A stretch of DNA of 60,008 bases from positions 1 to 60,008 of the forward strand of contig CAZPIQ010000001.1 in assembly GCA_964586665.1 (NCBI GenBank). Direction: 5' to 3'. Every line of letters begins with the position of its first letter. Position 1 is the first letter of the stretch. Position numbers and translations under genes: made by a program. The notes below the pieces were generated by a model. That model did no database searches. It was not told the DNA's origin and saw only the letters and a program-made list of their open reading frames with translations. The stretch is from an uncultured Ignatzschineria sp. (GTDB taxonomy: Bacteria; Pseudomonadota; Gammaproteobacteria; Cardiobacteriales; Wohlfahrtiimonadaceae). Shown in pieces: positions 54,298 to 60,008 of this stretch.

Positions 54298-55605
54298 ATG
54301 AGAAAATATTTTGGTACAGACGGTGTTCGCGGTAGAGTCGGTGAGTTCCCTTTAACCCCTGAGTTTGCACTTAAACTCGGATTTGCCGCAGGTAAAGCTT
54401 TTGCGGGAAAAGAGAATGCGACTATTATGATTGGTAAAGATACACGCCTCTCTTGCGATATGTTTATCTCAGCACTCGCAGCAGGTATCTCTTATGCCGG
54501 TGTGAATGTTGTTTTAACGGGTGTGATTCCAACGCCTGCGGTTGCTTATCTCACAATGAAACATCAGGCCGTTGCCGGCATTGTTGTTTCTGCCTCTCAC
54601 AATCCTTTCCATGATAATGGCATTAAGTTCTTTAATGAAAAAGGAGAGAAACTTGATGATGAAGTTGAGCAGCGCGTTGAAAAAGGCATTGATGAACCAT
54701 TAACAGTTGTTGAATCAGAGCTTGTAGGAACAATTTCTGAGCTTGCAACAGCTGCCGATGAATATATCGATTTCTGTACACAAAGTGCTGAAGGTCTTTC
54801 ACTCGTTGGCAAGCGCATTGTTGTCGATTGCGCAAATGGTGCAACCTACCAAGTGGCACCTCGTATATTTAAACGTCTTGGTGCGCATGTGATTGAAGTC
54901 GGTACCTCCCCAAATGGCATCAACATCAATGATCATGTTGGCTCAACAGCACCTGCTGCGCTTATCGAAGCAGTTAAAGCGGAAAAAGCTGATCTTGGCG
55001 TTGCCTTTGATGGCGATGGAGATCGTCTTCTTATTATCGATGAGAATGGCCGTCAATTTGATGGTGATGATATTCTCTACCTGCTTGCAACCGTGAATAA
55101 CGAGCAAGCTGTTGTCGGAACGATCATGAGTAATCTTGGTTTTGAACTGGCCTTAAAAGCGCGAGGCATTACACTTCATCGCTCGAAAGTCGGCGACCGT
55201 TATGTGCTTGAACTCCTTAATGAGAAAAAACTCACGATCGGTGGTGAAAACTCTGGGCATATTCTCTGCCTTGATGTTCATTCAACCGGCGATGGAATTA
55301 TCGCCGCGCTCCAATGCTTACTGACCATCAACAAAGCACAAACAACCTTTGGGGCAATCTTAGATGAGATTCCTAAAACTGTTCAAGTCATGCATAACGT
55401 TCGTATCTCCAAAGAGACTGTATGGGATACAGATGCACTGAAAGCGGAAATTGAGGCAGTAGAAGCAGAGCTTGCCGGCAAAGGACGCATTCTCATTCGC
55501 CCTTCAGGCACAGAGCCTGTTGTACGCGTTATGGTTGAAAGTCATGATTTTGCGACTTCTGAGAAACACACTATTAGACTGGCGGATATTATTCGTCAGC
55601 AGTAA
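54298..55605 (+). CDS. glmM: Phosphoglucosamine mutase
   Basis: YFGTDGVRG, SASHNP, DGDGDR, GGENSGH, RPSGTEP. Confidence 0.96.
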   Translation: MRKYFGTDGVRGRVGEFPLTPEFALKLGFAAGKAFAGKENATIMIGKDTRLSCDMFISALAAGISYAGVNVVLTGVIPTPAVAYLTMKHQAVAGIVVSASHNPFHDNGIKFFNEKGEKLDDEVEQRVEKGIDEPLTVVESELVGTISELATAADEYIDFCTQSAEGLSLVGKRIVVDCANGATYQVAPRIFKRLGAHVIEVGTSPNGININDHVGSTAPAALIEAVKAEKADLGVAFDGDGDRLLIIDENGRQFDGDDILYLLATVNNEQAVVGTIMSNLGFELALKARGITLHRSKVGDRYVLELLNEKKLTIGGENSGHILCLDVHSTGDGIIAALQCLLTINKAQTTFGAILDEIPKTVQVMHNVRISKETVWDTDALKAEIEAVEAELAGKGRILIRPSGTEPVVRVMVESHDFATSEKHTIRLADIIRQQ

Positions 55606-55650
55606 TGATGGATATTCCTTTATTTAGTTGATTAATATAGTTGATTAATC

Positions 55651-55687
55651 AAAAGCTCTCATCAATTCGATTGAGAGCTTTTTTTTA
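55651..55687 (+). terminator. glmM terminator
   Basis: AAAAGCTCTC...GAGAGCTTTT + T-run. Confidence 0.78.
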
Positions 55688-55834
55688 TGAAAATTTTTCT
55701 CAGCATAATATCGAAAATTAAGATTGATCTAACACAACATTCTGCACTTTTCATACAAACAATCACAGATTTTTTGACCACTTATTTTCACAAAAAAATT
55801 GATGGAACCCGCTGATTTCTATAATCTAAAGAGT

Positions 55835-55852
55835 ATGACAGTTGAATGACAA
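55835..55852 (-). promoter_or_regulatory. Pho box, reverse orientation
   Basis: Minus strand TTGTCAT-TCAA-CTGTCAT. Confidence 0.7.
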
Positions 55853-55872
55853 ATCATTATTCAATCGAACCT

Positions 55873-55906
55873 TTGTTACACAATTGTCACAATCACAAAT
55901 TAAACT
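55873..55906 (+). promoter_or_regulatory. Pho box plus -10 element of phoBR
   Basis: TTGTTAC-ACAA-TTGTCAC, then 10 nt, then TAAACT, matching the canonical PhoB promoter geometry. Confidence 0.7.
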
Positions 55907-55953
55907 ATTGCTATCTCTAAGTATTGACCCTTTAAAATAGATAAATAATATAT

Positions 55954-56646
55954 ATGAAGAAAATTCTTATTGTTGAAGACGAAATTCCAATATCTGAAAT
56001 GATTGAACATTTTTTATCAAGCCAAGGCTTCGAAACTGTGCAAGCTTATGATGGACTTGAGGCTAAAGATATTTTAAACGGATCAAGTAAAATTGATCTG
56101 GTTCTCTTAGACTGGATGCTTCCTAAAAAATCAGGCATTGATCTTCTTAAAGAGCTCAAAGCAAGCCGTAAGAATCGCCATATCCCCGTGATTATGTTAA
56201 GCGCACGTGCCGAACTTGAAGATCGCCTTGAAGGGCTTGATTCAGGCGCTGATGATTACCTTCCTAAACCCTTTGCTATGAAAGAACTACTTTCTCGCGT
56301 TAATTCCTTACTTCGCCGTATTGAAGAGTATGTGGAAGAAGAGAACGAAATTAAACAAGTTGCCGGCATTGAACTTGATCTCGATGCACAGCGTATTACG
56401 ATTAATGGCGAACTCATCAATGTGAGTGCGATTGAATTTAGGCTCCTTGCTTTCTTCATGACGCATCTTGATCGCGTTTATAGTCGTGGCAAACTTCTCG
56501 ATCATGTTTGGGGAATGGATAGTTACGTTGATGAACGAACGGTAGATGTGACCATTGGTCGTTTACGTAAGATATTAGAACCCTCCGGTCATCAAAAACT
56601 CCTTCAAACCGTGCGCGGTGAAGGCTATCGCTTCTCTACACAATAG
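55954..56646 (+). CDS. phoB: Phosphate regulon response regulator
   Basis: LLDWMLP, VWG..SYVDERTVDV, QTVRGEGYRFS; next to PhoR; Pho boxes upstream. Confidence 0.92.
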   Translation: MKKILIVEDEIPISEMIEHFLSSQGFETVQAYDGLEAKDILNGSSKIDLVLLDWMLPKKSGIDLLKELKASRKNRHIPVIMLSARAELEDRLEGLDSGADDYLPKPFAMKELLSRVNSLLRRIEEYVEEENEIKQVAGIELDLDAQRITINGELINVSAIEFRLLAFFMTHLDRVYSRGKLLDHVWGMDSYVDERTVDVTIGRLRKILEPSGHQKLLQTVRGEGYRFSTQ

Positions 56647-56810
56647 TAATATTCATGCCCTTGAAGCGTCAAAGAGATAGGAAAAGCATTCGGATCTAAC
56701 CTTACCTACCCCTTGAATCTGCTCGCTTTAACAATATGAATAACACGTTACTTTTACCCTTATTATGCTTATGATAAGGGTCCGCCTGAGCAAAATTTAG
56801 GAGTCCTATT

Positions 56811-58127
56811 ATGTTGGGTCATCTCTCTATCAAACATTTCATTCTTGAAATATTGATTGCCTTTATACCCGCGATTTTCCTCTCATTTTTCTTTGGTAAG
56901 ATCTTCATGTGGCTCTTTATCGCCACCCTTCTCTTACTACTTTGGCAATATCGTCAGCTATTTCGCCTATCACGTTGGATTTGGGTGGAGCACAGTTTCT
57001 ATCCTCCTGAGGGAAAAGGGACTTGGTTACCCGTACTTCATGGTCTCCTACGTATGCGCCTTGAGCGCCGTAAAGAGCGTAATCGTCTTTTAGAGTTTAT
57101 TCGTTATTTTAGAAAAGGTGCGGAAGCCATGCCAGATGCAACAATTCTATGCGATAAGGATGGTCGCCTGAATTGGTGCAACCCACAAGCAGAAGAGATG
57201 TTAAAGCTCCGCTGGCCACAAGATGAAAAACAATCGATCTTTAACTTAATTCGTACACCTGAAATTTTAGAATACTTTAAACGCGGTGATTTCAGTCAAC
57301 CCTTCCTACTCAAGGTTGATAGTCGTGAGCTTGAATGTCGTTTTTACTATCCGTACATTGAAAACAACCTCCTCGTCATTGCTCGAGATGTCACAGATCG
57401 AGAGATGGCCGAGAGAACTCGTCAAATGTTCTTTGCCAATGTGAATCATGAACTTCGTGTGCCGCTGACCGTTTTAAAAGGTTATGTCGAAATGCTAAGT
57501 GGTAGTTTATCGGATGATGAACAACATGGCTTTGAAGGAAAAGCATTATCACGCATGGATGATCAGATAGAACGCCTTCATTCTCTCGTGATTCAGTTAA
57601 TGGCATTAACCCGCCTTGAAACAGCGCCTAAATCAGACAAGTTTACACGCGTAAACCTCTCTGAAATCGCGACTCATTTAGTCATTGATTATTACAGCAA
57701 CCACCCTGGTAAAGATCAGATTGTGAGAGCGCATATCGATGCAAATATTGAATATCTCGGCAATAGTGATCAACTTAAACAAGTACTGAATAACCTCTTT
57801 TATAACGCTATTGAACACAATCCTGAGAATACACAAGTGGATCTATCTCTCACACAAGATGAAGAGGCAATCTACTTCACAGTCAAAGACAGAGGCAAAG
57901 GCATTCCGGCAATACATCTATCAAAACTCACTGAGCGTTTTTATCGCGTGGATTCTTCGAGGAATCGTGATAAATCCGGCGGGAGTGGACTAGGTCTTGC
58001 GATCGTTAAACATGCGCTCAATAATCATGGGAGTAAACTACAAGTAGAGAGTATCATTGGCGAAGGAAGTACTTTTTCATTCGTGTTGAAGAAGCCAACG
58101 ACCCATACAATTGAATCAAACGAATAA
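56811..58127 (+). CDS. phoR: Phosphate regulon sensor histidine kinase
   Basis: N-terminal TM, PAS, HELRVPLTV, LTERFYRVD, GSGLGLAIVKH. Confidence 0.92.
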   Translation: MLGHLSIKHFILEILIAFIPAIFLSFFFGKIFMWLFIATLLLLLWQYRQLFRLSRWIWVEHSFYPPEGKGTWLPVLHGLLRMRLERRKERNRLLEFIRYFRKGAEAMPDATILCDKDGRLNWCNPQAEEMLKLRWPQDEKQSIFNLIRTPEILEYFKRGDFSQPFLLKVDSRELECRFYYPYIENNLLVIARDVTDREMAERTRQMFFANVNHELRVPLTVLKGYVEMLSGSLSDDEQHGFEGKALSRMDDQIERLHSLVIQLMALTRLETAPKSDKFTRVNLSEIATHLVIDYYSNHPGKDQIVRAHIDANIEYLGNSDQLKQVLNNLFYNAIEHNPENTQVDLSLTQDEEAIYFTVKDRGKGIPAIHLSKLTERFYRVDSSRNRDKSGGSGLGLAIVKHALNNHGSKLQVESIIGEGSTFSFVLKKPTTHTIESNE

Positions 58128-58397
58128 GATTCACAAAGAGCTATGGCGAATGCTTACGATTCCATAAAAATCCCGCGCCAGCCGTTGAGAAGCTTACGCC
58201 TTCTCGATCACAACAATCCTAAGTCAACACAAAATCCTATAAGCATGAGATCATGACAAGAAGGAGAATACCCATCAAAGCTTCAATAATCTACAGCGAA
58301 GTTCCGATGGGCTTTCTTCCTCGCAAAGTGTTCAGCCCAACGCCGGCATGCAAACAATGAGCTTCTCGCTCATATCCCTGGCATCGCATGAAATATC

Positions 58398-58430
58398 AAA
58401 AAAAATAGAGAAGCCTCAGACTTCTCTATT
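58398..58430 (-). terminator. yhhQ terminator
   Basis: A8 + TAGAGAAG...CTTCTCTA stem. Confidence 0.7.
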
Positions 58431-58454
58431 CAATCAATGCCTATAAAACAAATC

Positions 58455-59117
58455 TTAAGCCATGCTTGGCGCTTTATAATCTGCCATTTTTTTCAAAAGG
58501 TAGTTCAAGACAAGACCATAAAGTGGCAAGAAGAACACCGCACAAATAACGATTTTGAAGAAGTAGTCCACGATAGCAATCTCAAGCCAGTTCGCTGCCA
58601 TAAAGGCATCATCGCTTTGATAAAATGCAATGCTAAAGAATACGAGTGTATCAATCAAATTCCCCACAACGGCGGCAGCACTTGGCGCAACCCACCAGCT
58701 CTTATTTTGGCGAAGATAATTAAAGACCGTAATATCAATTAACTGTCCCACTAAATATGCCCCAAAACTTGCAAGTGCAATCCGTGCAACGAAGAGATTA
58801 AACTCCGAAAGCGCTTCAAATCCAACCCAACCGCCTTTGAAGAAGACGACCGAGAGAACATAAGAGATCAATAATGCCGGGAACATCACTACAAAGATGA
58901 TCTTGCGCGCTAAACTTGCCCCAAATATTCGAATCGTGAGATCCGTCGTCAGGAAGATAAAGGGAAATGTAAATGCGCCCCATGTGGTATGAAAACCAAA
59001 AATCGTAAAGGGAAGCTGCACGAGATAGTTACTCGAAGCGATGATTAAAATATGAAAAAATGAGAGCTGATAAAGCGCTCTGGTACGTTGCTCTTTCGTA
59101 AAAATATATTGTGTCAT
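58455..59117 (-). CDS. yhhQ: Queuosine precursor (preQ0/preQ1) transporter
   Basis: SNYLVQ, TWGAFTFPFIFL.TDLT.RIFG, GQLIDI; preQ1 riboswitch upstream. Confidence 0.93.
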   Translation of the reverse strand: MTQYIFTKEQRTRALYQLSFFHILIIASSNYLVQLPFTIFGFHTTWGAFTFPFIFLTTDLTIRIFGASLARKIIFVVMFPALLISYVLSVVFFKGGWVGFEALSEFNLFVARIALASFGAYLVGQLIDITVFNYLRQNKSWWVAPSAAAVVGNLIDTLVFFSIAFYQSDDAFMAANWLEIAIVDYFFKIVICAVFFLPLYGLVLNYLLKKMADYKAPSMA

Positions 59118-59127
59118 TTAGGTTGTG

Positions 59128-59163
59128 CCTTAGTTTTTTAATGTGGGAGGATTTCGAACCACG
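59128..59163 (-). ncRNA. preQ1 class I riboswitch (translational)
   Basis: CGUGGUUCGAAAUCCUCCCACAUUAAAAAACUAAGG: GUGG/CCAC P1, UUCG loop, AAAAAACUA tail overlapping the AAGG SD of yhhQ. Confidence 0.9.
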
Positions 59164-59358
59164 GAATGCGCTATTCTAACGGATTCACCAAGAACAGCAA
59201 GCATCAATAAAGCTAAAAAATAAAAAAAGACAAATCAAAAAAAATAAATCAATGATCTGCCCTTTCCTTGGATTCAAAAAACAATAACCCATCCACCTAA
59301 GCTAACAAGCACACAGTTCACTTGATCAATTCATACGATATATTGACCAAGATCTCGC

Positions 59359-59850
59359 CTAATTATCACTGCCTAAAGCTTCTGCAAATCTTTCAAAATT
59401 CAGATATTGCGAATACCCTTCAATCGTTTGAAGAACCGATGGATCTTGCATTAATTTCAACATTGCTGTTTCACCCAAATAAGCAAATCCTGCCTCTAGA
59501 CCTTGTTCAAGTTGTCCTGATGCGGCGAGTGCTTTCAATTCTGTTTTACAATCTTGCGTAATAAGGCGCTCATATAATCGCGCAATACGTTGATTGGTAA
59601 TATTCTGCTGACTTTCTGAGATATTGGTCATCGGCTGTAAGACAGGATGTGCTGACATCGCTGAATAGATCCACTGCACCATTTCCACTTGATCGAGTTC
59701 TGATGTCTTATTAACTAAACAAGTTGCAAAATTTTGAACAGGCTCCACTGCTTTTGCCTGTGGCATTGCCACTAACATCAACGCTAAAGAACCGACAGCA
59801 ACGGCTTTGAGAGATAACTGCTTTGGAACACTCAATAGACGATTCATCAT
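59359..59850 (-). CDS. Uncharacterised exported protein
   Basis: Signal peptide ending AKA; two Cys (TCLV, QDCK); AMSAHP; AAGG RBS before ATG 59850. Confidence 0.7.
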   Translation of the reverse strand: MMNRLLSVPKQLSLKAVAVGSLALMLVAMPQAKAVEPVQNFATCLVNKTSELDQVEMVQWIYSAMSAHPVLQPMTNISESQQNITNQRIARLYERLITQDCKTELKALAASGQLEQGLEAGFAYLGETAMLKLMQDPSVLQTIEGYSQYLNFERFAEALGSDN

Positions 59851-60008
59851 AACTTCTACCTTATATATTTTAATCGATGATGTATACGATTCTAGTCTCA
59901 TTGAGAAATTAGATCATCGCGTAGCACCTTGGAATATAACAGATTTTATCACGCTTAACGATAATGCTAAACAATCTTTTCAAGCCAAAATACACTCATA
60001 AGAATTCA

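Noticed and set aside
58135-58395. 6S RNA, SRP RNA, RNase P or CsrB identity for the structured region
   Set aside because: No signature sequences; GGA motifs are not in hairpin loops

Overview
AT-rich (roughly 40% GC by eye) gammaproteobacterial chromosomal segment. Gene content and style would fit an Ignatzschineria/Wohlfahrtiimonas-like organism, but that is an unverified inference. It is mostly housekeeping (icd, waaA, bamD-rluD-pgeF, recJ, tusA, rimI, pssA, folA, cysZ, uvrD, epmA, asd, leuB, dut, glmM, phoBR, yhhQ with a preQ1-I riboswitch). It also carries iron genes: a Fur-boxed heme locus whose TonB receptor is cut by one in-frame TAA, and bfd facing a two-subunit bacterioferritin pair. 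An accessory redox block lies at 29.4-38.2 kb. No IS, prophage, CRISPR, tRNA or rRNA was seen. Main leads: (1) strong over-representation of the palindrome (T)GCCGGC(A) in genes and intergenic DNA, reminiscent of HIP1 or uptake signals; (2) a Tat-exported SpdH-like flavoprotein translationally coupled to a membrane-anchored triheme cytochrome c; (3) two unannotated structured RNA candidates with CU-rich loops (downstream of uvrD and of bfd); (4) a degenerate family-4 UDG with a DNA Pol III psi-like N-terminus at the holD position; (5) PhoR lacking the phosphatase Thr, with two opposed Pho boxes upstream of phoB.
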